NCBI RefSeq assembly: GCF_009914755.1
Contig: NC_060941.1
Source: the human T2T-CHM13v2.0 reference genome, Homo sapiens
Length of the DNA: 64,000 nt
Direction: 5' to 3' (one strand)
Below are positions 41,066-53,460 of the stretch, in pieces. The first letter of the stretch is position 1. Each line of letters begins with the position of its first letter. A program made the position numbers and the translations under genes. Below the pieces are notes generated by a model. It saw only the letters and a program-made list of their open reading frames with translations. It was not told the DNA's origin and made no database searches.

Positions 41066-41232
41066 CACATGTGCTCCATAAATATGCACAACTATATATT
41101 CATAATAATTTAAAATAAAAAGATTAAATGTATAAAAAATTGCATGTGATACTTTAAAAAAAGACAATATCTAAAGAGCACAAACACAAAAATGTTCACC
41201 TATATTAATTATCAAGAAAAACAAATGAAAAC
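41066..41232. repeat. Right copy of the inverted duplication; starts within a perfect 26-bp palindrome (41057-41082)
   Basis: tttatggagcacatgtgctccataaa equals its own reverse complement; the sequence then continues as the reverse complement of 37766-37924. Confidence 0.92.
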
Positions 41233-42060
41233 AATGATAGGGTTACCATTTTGTATTGAGTATAAGGTAAATCCTACTGGTGGTGACATCATATTTATTG
41301 AAGACAAATCGCATTATATATAAAAATCTAAAAATGATTCAATGCCTCTACTTCATCAGAAAATAATGGCTAAAATTTTAAAATAAGATAGAAAATACTA
41401 GGCAGTAGCAAGGATATAGAATATTTGCAACTTCATATATTGAGGGAGTGATTTAACGTGTGGTAGATATTTTAGAAGACTGGGAGTATTTACTAAAGCT
41501 GAACATAAGATTACATAGAAGCAAATTCACTCTTACATATATAACTAAGAGAAATAAATGTACATTCTCAATGAAGACATGTACAAGGATATGCATGGTT
41601 GTACTAATGATACAAGCCCAAAGAGCATAAATCCAAATGGCCATTAAAAAAATGGATAAAGTATTGGACTTCAACATGCAATATGTTTATGTATTATATA
41701 TTTTTATGAATGAATGTATATTTTGCAATGAGAATTAACTATTGATACAATGAATAACATAATCTCACAGCATAGTGTTGAGCAAAAGAAGCCAAGAAAA
41801 TAGAATATTTTATAGTAGATGATTTCATTTACACAAAACTCACATCTATCAGAGCTTTTCTGTCATATTATAAGTCAGGAGACTATTTACATTGAGAAGG
41901 ATAATCAATGAGAAAAGGCACAGGGAGACTTCTGAAATACTGGTAATGTTCCACTTTTAATCAAGGTGTTGCTGATCTAGCAGTTTCATGTTATGAATAT
42001 TTATTATGATGTTTACCTATGACATATATTTCTGTGTGTATGCTTTTATTCAGTAAAATG
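41120..42060 (+). mobile_element. Old L1ME ORF2 3' part and 3' UTR
   Basis: aaatgttcacctatattaattatcaagaaaaacaaatgaaaacaatgatag; gtatttactaaagctgaacata; atagtgttgagcaaaagaagcc; gggagacttctgaaatactggtaatgttc. Confidence 0.7.
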
Positions 42061-42307
42061 ATCCTTTGTGGAAAAATGGATCCTATAATAAAGTGAGCTT
42101 TTATGTCTATATGCTCTCATTTCTGAACTTCAGTGGGATGCCAGTAAAAAAACTATAAAATTCTAGAAGAAGTAGGAATAATTACATCAATGGATCAGAA
42201 ATATTAAGGAGTCTTTGAACAACAGAAATCAAACAGGATCAGATGTATGAATAAAATAAGCCAAAGAAAGTAACAGCTGTGATTGAATGACTAAAAATAT
42301 GGTTGAC

Positions 42308-42414
42308 ACCGGGAGACAGAGGTTGCAGTGAGCCGAGATTGTGCCACTGCACTCCAGCCTGGGTGACAGAGAGAAACTCCATCTCAAAAACAAACAAACA
42401 AACAAACAAAAAAA
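42308..42414 (+). mobile_element. 5'-truncated Alu (3' ~80 bp plus a (CAAA)n tail)
   Basis: ccgggagacagaggttgcagtgagccgagattgtgccactgcactccagcctgggtgacagag. Confidence 0.9.
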
Positions 42415-44651
42415 GATATAATTCACGGGAGTTTAAGGTCCATATTCCACTAATTAACTCATCAAAATGATTACGTACTTTAACATATTAAGATGCAACA
42501 GCTAAGCCTATTCTCCTTCCTTTTCCACAACCACCAATTGTGTTAAGGAGTGCTGTTTGTCACCAAGCTAAAATAGAATGGGTGTTGACATTGGAGATGA
42601 AGTCTATCTACTGACCTTGAGAAGGGAGTATAATTTTTGACATCTAGATGAAAAGCTACCAACACAATATTTACCTTTCCCTCTAAAATCACCATAAGTT
42701 CTTTGTAAGTCATAAGCTTTTGTAAGTCACAGAGAAAATATGGAGGTAAATAGGATTTATGACCAAAAAAATTACAAAATGTATAATTATCAAAAATTTG
42801 AGGACAACAAACAAGTATAATGAAAAGAATAAATCTAGCATTTTTTACTCCAAAATGGTGGTTTAGAGGTTTTCAGCATGCTTCAGCCACTTGGAAATAG
42901 CAAGACAGTGCATAAAAATCAACTCTGTGAAATTGAATTCAAAAAGAAAAATAGGAATCCACTGGAATTAGGAAGTATATGCCAACCCCAGGGAGGAGGA
43001 TGCAGCAAACAGCCCCTGTGACATTGTCTAGCTGATAAAATTGAGTGAAGCCCCAGTACCTGAGAGAGGAGACCCCCCTCCACCAACTCTATGACTCACC
43101 TTTCCACTGTGGATCCAAGCAACATACACCAAGGGAGAGCACTTTGTTTCTCCCAAGACCTAGAGCTAATATTGTAAGAGGCTTGAAGATGCTATGAGGG
43201 AAAGACATGGGAAAAATTTGCAGACATTTTCCCTGATCCGGGACTAAGAGCAGGGTGCCATTTTTAATTTGGGCACATGCAAAGTCAGCCCCTCTTTGGT
43301 GACCCGGCACTGTGGCTGCTCAGGCATTTCAGTCTTGGGTCAAATACTGGAGCACCTGCTCTGGAGTGGAGTAGAGGCCTCCACAGTGGGAACTCTGGAA
43401 AGCACCTCAGAGATAGATGCTGCAATTGTGCTTTCCCCTGTTGCAAGTGTAGGGCAGGGAGGAGAGCTGCTACAGATGCAGTTTCTCCTGGGCTGGAAGA
43501 CTTGCAGCCAGGGCCAGCTTGGTGACCTATAACCCATCTATGTGTGCCAGTACAGTATGCCCTAGCCTTACTGCTGAGATCCTGCTACAGCAGGGCCCTC
43601 TCTACTCTACCCCCAGGCAGATTTCCAGGCATTTGGAGCATCCAATCACCTGAATCAGGAGCCTGATATGCCACACAGTTCTTGTGCAGAGATTCTGGTG
43701 CAGGAAGGCCTTCTCTGCTTCATGCCCAGGCAGATCACCAGGGATTCATAGCACCAGCTGACCTGGGTCAGCAGTCTGAGTAACTCCACCCCTCCTGTGT
43801 GTGTGTGTGGAGCAGGGAACCCTTATTGCTCCACATCCAGGTAGATCTCCAGGCATCTGGAGCGCGTGCTCTCCTGGATAAGGAGTTTAGGCTGCTCTCC
43901 TATCCCTGGAGAGAACCTGGGGCTAGAGAGGTTTCTCAGCTCCATGCCCAGGCAATGGTCTGGGCAATTGATGGCCACCCACTGGATTCTTCTTAGCTAC
44001 TGGAGTTTGTGTCTGCCAATGGAGGACCTGTAGATGGACTTGCTTGATCTAGCTCTTGCCAGGATGGCCCCAGCTTCCCTGGGGCTGAGGAGGGAGCATT
44101 CCACAAATCAGCCGACTGACTGAGGCAACAGAGAGCTTTCAGTGAACAAGAATAAAGTATATACCCAGCCTCGTGGGTTGCAGCCAGCTCTTAATGATAA
44201 CTGCCATCCACTGGCTGGTAGATCTTACTGTACAGCCTGATATAAAACCTGCCAACAGGAGGGCATATGGCTACAGAATCAAAGCCAAAAGACCCTACCC
44301 AGCATATGTTACAGTTGCATACCCTAGGGAAAACAGGAAAGAGAAAAGAAATGAAAAAGCACAATAATATTATAGCAAAAGAAGGAAAAAGAAAAATTCA
44401 CCTCCATGAATCAATTGCAATAATTAAAAATGCCAGCATTTCCAGATGCAAAGAAACCAGTGCAAGAATTCAGGTACCATAAAAAGTCCAAATGTGGTGA
44501 AACTATCAAAGGTTCATGCTATCTCTCCAGCAGTGGTCACTAGTCAAAATGGAAACTCAGAAATGACAGAAAAAATATTAAAAACTGCAAAGCATGAATT
44601 GTAAGAAAGTTCAATGAGATCCAGAAAAGATTAAAAATTAATACAAAGACA

Positions 44652-44774
44652 TTTCTTTTTTTTTTTTTTTTTTTGAGATGAAGTCTCACTTTGTCACCCA
44701 GGCTGGAGTGCAGTGGCACAATCTCGGCTCACTGTAGTCTCTGCCTCCTGGGTTCCAGCAATTCTCCTGCCTTA
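44652..44774 (-). mobile_element. Alu fragment (3' end) at the L1 ORF1 deletion junction
   Basis: T-tail plus gagatgaagtctcactttgtcacccaggctggagtgcagtggcacaatctcggctcactg...attctcctgcctt. Confidence 0.9.
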
Positions 44775-45255
44775 ACTCACTTAAGTACCTAGCCTACCAG
44801 ACCCCATACATCAGCCACACAATAGAAACTACAAAGCAACCAGCTAACAACTTCATGACAGGATCAAAAGCTCACATATCAGTATTGAACTTGAATGTAA
44901 ATGGTCTAACTGCTGCACTTAAAAGACACAGAGTGGCAAGTTGCATAAAAAAAAAAACAAGACCCAAAATAATAATGGGGGACTTCTACATACTATTAAC
45001 AGCATTAGACAAATCATAAAGGCAGAAAACTAACAAAGAAATTCTGATTTAATTTCAACACTTGACCAATTGAACATCTAGAGAACATCTCACCCATCAA
45101 CTACAGAGTGCAGAGTATACATTCTTTTTGTCTGCACATAGACATACTTCAAGATCAAGAAAATGCATGGTCATAAACCAAGTCTCAATAAATTGAAAAA
45201 AATCAAAATCATAGCAACCATACTCTTCAGACCACAGTGTAATGAAAATAGAGAG

Positions 45256-47212
45256 AATTATGGAAACAACAATTAAAGATGAGATTTGGGTGGGGACTCA
45301 GCCAAACCATATCATTTTAGCCCTTGCATCTCCCGAATCTCATGTCTTCACATTTTAAAACATAGTCATACCTTTCCAACAGTCCCCCAAAGTATTAACT
45401 AATTCCAACATTAACTCAGAAATCCAAGTCCAAAGTCTCATCTGAGACAAGGCAAGTCCCTTCCACTTATGAGCCTATAAAGTCAAAAGCAAGTGTAAAT
45501 TACTTCCTAGAGACAATAGGAGTACAGGCATTGGGTAAATACATCCATTCTAAATGGGAGAAATTGGCCAAAGCAAAGGGACTACAGGCTTATGGAAGTT
45601 CAAAATTCAGTAAGACAGCCATTAAACCTTAAAGTTCCAAAATGATGTCCTTTGACTGCATGTCTCATATCCAGGTAATGCTGATGCAAGAGGTGGGCCC
45701 CCACAGCCTTTAGCATCTCTGCCCCTGTGGCTTTGCAGGGTACAGCCCCGCTACTGGCTGCCTTCACAGGCTGGTGTTGTGTGCCTGGAAAAGTTATAAT
45801 CTGTTGGTGGATCTACCATTCTGGGGTCTGGAGAATGTTGGCCCTCTTCTCACAGCTTCACTAGGCAGTACCCCAGTGGGGACCCTGAGTGGAGGTTTCA
45901 ACTTCACATTTCCCTTCCACACTGCCCTAGCAGAGGATCTCAATGAAGGCTCCACCCCTGCAGCAAGTTTCTGTCTGAACATCCAGGCTTTTCACACATC
46001 AGAAATCTAGGCAGAGATTCCCGAACCTTAATTCTTGACTTCTGTGCACCCATAGGCTCAATGCCATGTGTATGCCACCAAGCCTTGTGGCTTACACTCT
46101 CTGAAGCAACAGCGTGATCTGTAGCTTGGCCCCTTTTAGCCATGGCTGGAGCAGCTAGGGTGTAGGACACCAAGTCCCTAGGCTGCACACAGCAGGATGG
46201 CCCTGGGCCTGGCCCAGGAAACCATTTTTTTCCTTTTAGGCCTCCGAGCCTAAGATGGTTTGGGCTGCCATGAAAGTCCTTGGCAGGCCCTGTAGACATT
46301 TTCCCCATTGTCTTGGTGATTAACATTCCACTCCACATTACTTATGTGAATTTCTGGAGATGACATGAGTTTTACCCCAGAAAATTGGTTTTTATTTTCT
46401 ATTGCATTGTCAGGCTGCAAATTTTCTAAATTTTTATTCTCTACTTCCACTTGAAAGCTTTGGCGCTTAGAAATGTCTTCTGCCAGATACTCAAAATCAT
46501 TTCTTTGAAGTTCAAAGATCCTCAGATCTCGGGCAGGAGCAAAAGGCCGCCAGCCTCTTTGCATAGCAAGAGTGACCGTTACTCCAGCTCCCAAGAAGTT
46601 TCTTATCTTCATCTGAGGCCACCTCAGCCTGGACTTTACTGTTCATATCACTATTCAGCATTTTGGTCAAAGCCATTCAACAAGTCTCTAGGAAGTTCCA
46701 AACTTTGCCACATTTTTCTATCATCTTCTTAGCCCTCCAAACTGTCCCAACCTCTGTCTGTTAGTCATTTCTAAAGTCACTTCCACATTTTTGGGTATCT
46801 TTACAGCAGCACCCCACTGTACTGGTACCAATTTACTGTATTATTCCATTCTTACACCACTATGAGGGAATACCAGAGACTGAGTAATTTATAAAGGAAA
46901 AAGGTTTAATTGACTTACGGTTCTGCATGACTGGGGAGGCCTCAGGAAACTTACAACCATGGCAGAAGAGAAAGCAAACACATCCTTCTTCACATGGCAA
47001 TAGCCAGGAGAAATGCAGAGTGAAGTGGGGGAAAAGCTCTTTATAAAACCATCAGATCTCATGAGAATTCACTCACTATAGTGAAAACAGCATGGAGGTA
47101 ACAGCCCCCATTATTCAATTACCTCCCACCAGGTCCCTCCCATGACATGTGGGGATTATGGAAACTACATTTCAAGATGAGATTTCAATGGTGACAGAGG
47201 CAAACCATATCA
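45256..47212 (-). mobile_element. THE1C/D-like provirus: LTR remnant 45256-45314, internal 45315-46836, LTR 46837-47212
   Basis: gatgagatttgggtggggactcagccaaaccatatca, then THE1-int, then a complete LTR tgtattattcc...caaaccatatca; the left LTR is mostly deleted. Confidence 0.92.
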
Positions 47213-47604
47213 TGCAAAAACTGGAAGCATTCCCCTTTGAACACTGGAACTAGACAAAGATGCCCACTCTCACCACTACTATTCAACATAGTACTGGAAG
47301 TGCTAGTGAGAACAATCAGTCAAGAGAAAGAAATGAAAGGCATCCAAATAGGAAAAGAAGACATCAAACTATTTCTCTTCACAGATGATATGATTCTAAA
47401 CCTAGAAAACCCTAAACTTCCTGCCAACAGGCTCCTGGAACTTATTTAAAAAAAAAAACTTCAGTAAAGTTTCAAGATACCAAATCATCCAAATCATTGT
47501 ACACAAATTAGTAACATTTCTATACACCAATGATGTCCAAGCTGAGAACCAAATCAAGAATGCAATCCCATTCACAATAGCCACACAAACAAAAACATAA
47601 CTAG

Positions 47605-47952
47605 TGTTACCCTAAGCTGCACTATTTTGTAAATTCTCATCATTTTGCAAACCCTGGTCAGAGTAAACAATTCCACTAGGGCTCGGGCCATGAGAAACGT
47701 CCTGTTGGAGAAGTCCCAGGCCTAGCTGCCTGTCCACAGAAAATTCCTCACTTATCAGCAGCTAACCACACTACCCCATCCCTTTGTGTAACAATCCCAG
47801 GACTCTCCTGCCCATGCCTATAACTATCCCGTTGGTAAGCAGGGGCAAGCTCTGGTGCTAGCTGGTGTCCCCTTCTGCAAGTCTTTGCTCAATAAACCTT
47901 GTTGCCATAGAGCATCCTCTATTCTGTTCCTTCTCCCCTTCCTACTCTAATA
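47605..47952 (+). mobile_element. Solo LTR (ERVL-like, family unassigned) inserted in L1 ORF2
   Basis: Starts tgtt and ends taata (decayed CA); TSD actag / cctag duplicating the L1 cctag; TATA-like cctataact (~47817) and AATAAA (47891). Confidence 0.75.
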
Positions 47953-49689
47953 CCTAGGAATACACCTAATCAAATAACTGAATGATTTCTACATGGAGAA
48001 CTAAAAAACACTGCTAAAAGAAATCATAGATAATACAAACAAGTAGAAAAACATTGTGTGTTCACAGATTAGAAGAATCAATGTTGTTAAATTGCCATAC
48101 AGCTGATAGTAATCTACAGATCCAAGCCTATTCCTCTCACAACACCAACATCAATTCCACAGAACTATTAATAGAAAAAAAATCTATTTAAACATTCAGA
48201 TGGAACCAAAAAGGAGCCCAAGTAGACATAGCAATCCTAAACAAAAGAACAAAGCCAGAGGCATTATATTACCTAACTTCAAACTATACTATAAGGCTAC
48301 AGTTACCAAAACTGCATGGTAAGGTACAAAAATAGACACATAGACTAAGGAAATACAATAGAGAAACAAGAAATAAAGCTGCCCACCAACAGCCACCTAA
48401 TCTTTGACAAATTCAACAAAAATAAGCAACAAGGAAAGGACTCTGTATTCAATAAATGCTTCAGGGCTAACTGGCTAGTCATGTGCAGAAGAATGAAACT
48501 GGACCATTACCTTTCATCATATACAAAAATTTACTCAAGATGCATTAAAAGTTTAAATATAAGACCCAAATATAAAAATCTTAGAAAAAAACCTAGGTAA
48601 CACTATTCTAGACATTGGCATTGGGAAATCTTTTATGACTAAATGCTCACAAGCAATTACAACAAAAACAAAAATTGACAAGTGAGACCTAATTAAACTA
48701 ATGCACTTCTGTACAGTAAAAGACACTATCAACAGGGTCAACAGATAACCTACAGAATAGGAGAAAATATTTGCAAACTACACTTCCAACAGAGGTCTGA
48801 TATCTCAAATTTATAAGAAACTGAAACAATTGAATAAGCAGAAAAAAAAAACATTAAAATGGGCAAAAGACATAAGCAGACACTTTTGAAATGAAGATAT
48901 AAAAACCCTCAAAAAACATGAAAAAACGTTCTACATTACTTACCAGAGAAATGCAAATGATATACCATCTCATACCAGCAAGCATGGCTATTACTAAAAA
49001 GTCAAAAAACAACAGCTGGCAAGGCTACAGAGAAAAGGGAATGCTTATGTGCTGTTGGTGGGAATGTAAATTAGTTCAGTCACTGTGGAAAGCACTATGG
49101 AGGTTTCTCAAAGACCTTAAAACAGAACTACCATTTAACCTAGCTATCTCAATACTGGGTATATGTTCAAAAGAAAATAAATTGTTCTACCAAAAAGACA
49201 AATGCACTCATATGTTTATTGCAGCAGTATTTACAATAGCAATATTGTGAATATTGGAATCCAACCTAGGTGCTCATCAATGGTGTATGGAATAAAGAAA
49301 ATGTGGTACATATACATCATGGAATACTATACAGCCATAAAAATGTATGAAATAATATCCTTTGCAGCAACATGGATGCACCTAGAGGCCATCACTTTAA
49401 GTGAATTAACGCAGGAAAATAAAACCAAAATTCTGAATATTTTCACTTGTAAGTGGGAGCTAATATTGGATACTCATGGACATAAAGATGGCAATAATAG
49501 AAACTGGGGATTACTAGAGTAGAAAGGGAAGTACAAAGATTGGAAACTACCTATTGGGTACTATGCTCAGTACCCTGGTGATGGGATTATTTGTACCCCA
49601 AACCTCAGCATCACACAATATACCTAGATAATAAACCTGCACATGTACCCCTTACATTTGAAATAAAAATTTTAAAAAATCAGGAATGA

Positions 49690-51330
49690 ATAACATGAAA
49701 CTATTTTAAACGACAAATTTGTCTGCTAAATAATCAAGTCAAGACCAAGAATTAAACACAAAAAAATCAAAACCGTGTAAGATATGAGAATAAAGTTCAA
49801 AGGTAATTTTGAGAGAGTGTATCCTCCAGGATCTTACAGAACTTGTTAAAAAAGATAGTATAAAAAATTGGGTAAAGAAAGATCAAATACTTAATAAAAG
49901 ACTTCGGATAACTGAAGAAACACATGAGTATTCATTCCATAAGAGCCCACAAAATGACCACAGACTTACATAAAAATATCTACTTCTAAACTGGTTTCTA
50001 AACATCTAGTTATATACATTGTGATTAAATTTCATTATGCCAACAATAAAGGCACCCAAAACATATCCAGAAAGAAAAAGAACCCAAGTTATCTACAAAA
50101 GAATGAACAACAAAATAACATCAAATACTGGAAAACAGTGGAAAAAATATTTGCTAAGTTCTATGGAAAAATGCTTTTAAGCATAGAATTCTATACTAGG
50201 CAATAACACCATTCAAAAGGGAGAGCAAAATTATATATTCACATATGTAAAGACTCAGAAGTTTTATGACCACGGACACATTTCTGGAAGAATTACTTGA
50301 GGTACATTTTCAAAAGATACATTATGATTCCACAAAAAAAGAGGAAAGATAAAAGCATAAGAGATAATTGTGAGCAAGAAAAATCAGTAAATGTTTAAGT
50401 TTAGATACTTGTACATGTAAACTGTATATTCTTGTTAATAGCAGACTGATATAAAGTGCCATATAGTGTTAATTTTTTTATAAGTAAATACATAAAAACC
50501 TTACTTTCCAATGAACAAATAAAAAATAAAACAAATGCATAATTAACAGAGGACAATATATATAAAAAATCATCAATGCACAAAAAGAGGCTCAACTGTA
50601 CTAGGAAAATGCTAATAAAAACAACGATTTACTATGTGTTAGCTTTCGATTGGGTCAAACATATATAATTGATAACAGCCATGGAAAGGCTGTGGAGAGA
50701 CTGGCATTTTTTCCCCAAGATAGTTAAAAATTAAAATTGTGGGTTTTTACTGATAGAAAACTGACAATATCTATACCCAAATCAAAATTTTACTCATATT
50801 TTAATTCAAAAATCCTATGTCTTTTATTCTATTCTTAAGGAATGCTTGCAAATGGGAATAAAGATATACATTCAGGAATATCAACTGCAGCATCACTTTA
50901 AATAGTTAACATGGGAAACCATTTGAATGCTAATCAATAGAAGAATATTTAAGTTTAATAATATACTCAGACTGTAGAATATTATGTAATTATTAAGAGG
51001 ACTAATATAGTCTAAGATCTCCTGATATACATTAGTTGCTAAGCCTTAAGGGCACTTTAGCAGAAACAGGAAAATTCTGGAACAAAATATAGAATTTGAT
51101 CCAGTTTGTTGAAAACATTTAGAAATATGTGTATGTGTTTGTGTGTACACATCTGCAGAAAATTTTTTGACAAATGCTTAAAAAATTCTATTAGGAGCAG
51201 TTAATTTGGGGAAAAAGTAGAGGTATGGAGGGCTAAAAGTAGGGCCTTTTCCATTCATCTTTTTAAGCTCTTGCAACAAGGATGTATTGAGATGGATAGT
51301 AGAAAAATGTAGGCAAAAACCACTACTTAT
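49690..51330 (+). mobile_element. Old L1ME/HAL1 ORF1-like segment (~49690-50400) followed by an L1ME 3' region
   Basis: catagaattctatactagg...aagactcagaagttttatgacc...ggaagaattacttgagg; caggaatatcaactgcagcatcacttt. Confidence 0.5.
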
Positions 51331-51409
51331 GCCTGTTTACATCTTTGCTTTTTTATTTTATGTTATTGCTTGTTTTATTTTGTTTTATATTTTGCTGTAT
51401 CCTCTATCT

Positions 51410-52097
51410 CTTTAATGGCAAATCCAGTCTGTTCGTAAATTCTCAAGCTTTTCCTCTATTTACTGATTTCCATTGGTCTTTCTGATTAGAGCTCAAACAT
51501 CCCCTCTTCAAGGTGGTCTTTCTTGTCTATTTCTTCTTCTTCTTCTTTTGTTGTTGTTGTTGTTGTTGAGACGGAGTCTTGCTCTGTCGCCAGGCTGGAG
51601 TGCAATGGTGCAATCTCGGCTCACTGAAACCTCTGTCTCCCAGGTTCAAGCGATTCTCCTGCCTCAGCCTCCAGAGTAGCTGGGACTACAGGCGCATGCC
51701 ACCATGTCTGGATAATTTTTGTATTTTTAGTAGAGATAGGGTTTCACCATGTTGGCCAGGATGGTCTCAATCTCTTGACCTTGTGATCTGTCCGCCTCGG
51801 CCTCCCAAAGTGCTGGGATTATAGGCATGAGCCACCGCGCCCGGCTGCCTATTCCTTCTTAATTCCACTTATTCTTCCACCATTGCCATCGTATTTTTTT
51901 CAAGGCATTGATATCTATCTAAAATTATACCTCATATATATTTATTTAACTGTTTACTAGAGATGCCTTCACCAAACCTTAGAATGAAAATTCCAGGTAA
52001 ACAGATGGATGTTTTATTCTCACTGCTATAGACCTAGTGGCAGTACTTGGCAAACATTAAGCACTAAATAAGTATTTGTTGAATGAATCAATGAATC
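51410..52097 (+). mobile_element. L2 3' end, interrupted by an Alu
   Basis: Ends gtacttggcaaacattaagcactaaataagtatttgttgaatgaatcaatgaat. Confidence 0.7.
51539..51846 (-). mobile_element. AluSc, full length, with a (TTG)n/(TTC)n tail
   Basis: gctctgtcgccaggctgg; ggccaggatggtctcaatctcttgacc; TSD gtctatttcttctt / gcctattccttctt. Confidence 0.95.
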
Positions 52098-53094
52098 AGT
52101 TTAGATTTCTATTTTGTCATCTATAAAGTGAAAACATTTCTGAGATTACATTTGGGAAACTATCAAAAATGAAGCAAGAAAGCTGGATTCTTTTCAACCA
52201 CTAATACTTGGGAATAATGTGGTTCTGAAAGGCAAGGAAGATCATAATATAAAATTGAATCTGTCCACTAAAACCAAAAATATAGAAGAGCTCTGTGATG
52301 TTTTCATTCAAATGGCTTTTGCTGTTTACTTTAAACTACATTGTGGAGGGAAAATAATGTTATGTTCTTCCCAAATGAAGATAATAAAATCCTCAAATAT
52401 CAGTCATTTGGGGGAACATAACTTCTTTTCATATGTGAACAAGGGTAAATGAAAGTTGGAAATCCTTCAGCTCAATTAGGTCTATAGCTTCCGCAATGAG
52501 ACATTCTGCCCACATCTGTCCAGATATGTATTCCTGAGGACACAGTAATGCATTTTTTGAAGGCAGCAAGATGCTATTATAGTAACTAGATGAAATAGTA
52601 ATCCTAGCATCCTTGACTAATTTTCTTCAGTAGATATATTGAAGTTTCCTAAAGCCAGATGTTCAACTTGCCAAATTAAACAGTGAAACTGCCTAATCTT
52701 TGACTTACAAACCTAGAGAAACAAACAGTCTTTGCTTTTGCATGTTTAGAAAAAATTAGGTTCATATTCCTGACTCCTTTAATACTGATTTATTCAAGGG
52801 TATTATTCAGCATGTAATAGATAGTTTAATAAAAACATGTAGAAAAACATACAGATATACTGAAGGTAATTTCTTTAAAATTAAAAAAATTCTTTTAATT
52901 ACATTTTATGAAGAGAAGCAAAAATACATAATCAGAAAGGGTTGTACAAAAAAAACTGACAAAAACCTGCTTTCTGAAGTCCTACATAGAATATCTCTAG
53001 TAATGTAAGACATAAATACCCACAGGTTTTATGCCATTATTTTGACTCCAGTGATATCTAAGAATTTTATTCTGTCTTTCCTTGAAAAAGCAAG

Positions 53095-53460
53095 TGATAT
53101 GGTTTGGCTGCATCCCCACCTAAATCTCATCTTAAACTGTAACTCCCACAATTCCTACGTGTCATGGGAGGGATCAAGTGGAAGGTAATTGAATCATGGG
53201 AGTGAGTTTTTCCCTTGCTGTTCTCCTGATAGTGAATAAGTCTCATGAGATCTGATGGTTTTAAAAAGGGGAGTTTCTCTGCACAAGCTCTCTTTGCCTG
53301 CTGCCATCCACATAAGATGTGACTTCCTCCTTCTTGCCTCTCCCCATGATTGTGAGGTCTCCCCAGCCACGTGGAATTGTAAGTTCAAGAAACCTATTTC
53401 TTTTGTAAATTGCCCAGTCTTGGGTATGTCTTTATCTGCAGCTGAAAATGAACTAATACA
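53095..53460 (+). mobile_element. Solo THE1B-like LTR
   Basis: tgatatggtttggctg...aactaataca, 366 bp; exact TSD gcaag (53090-53094 / 53461-53465). Confidence 0.95.

Larger units (their letters stand above)
42848..49680 (+). mobile_element. L1PA15/16-like (L1P4-type) element with a long 5' UTR, internal deletions and three nested insertions
   Basis: 5' end caaaatggtggtttagagg...cagccacttggaaatagcaagacag; GC-richer 5' UTR to ~44400; ORF2 start atgacaggatcaaaagctcacatatc (~44855); RT motifs [20 protein letters not shown] and LFTDDMIL (ORF 47237-47449); 3' UTR ctattgggtactatgctcag...aaacctgcacatgtacccc. Confidence 0.9.

Noticed and set aside
43089-43996. GC-richer region with several ORFs, resembling a promoter or exon
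   Set aside because: It is the 5' UTR of the L1PA15/16-like element; CpG-depleted, so not a CpG island, and no recognisable protein.
47237-47449. Recognisable L1 RT core ORF
   Set aside because: A 70-aa remnant of a heavily deleted and interrupted L1; it cannot encode functional ORF2p.
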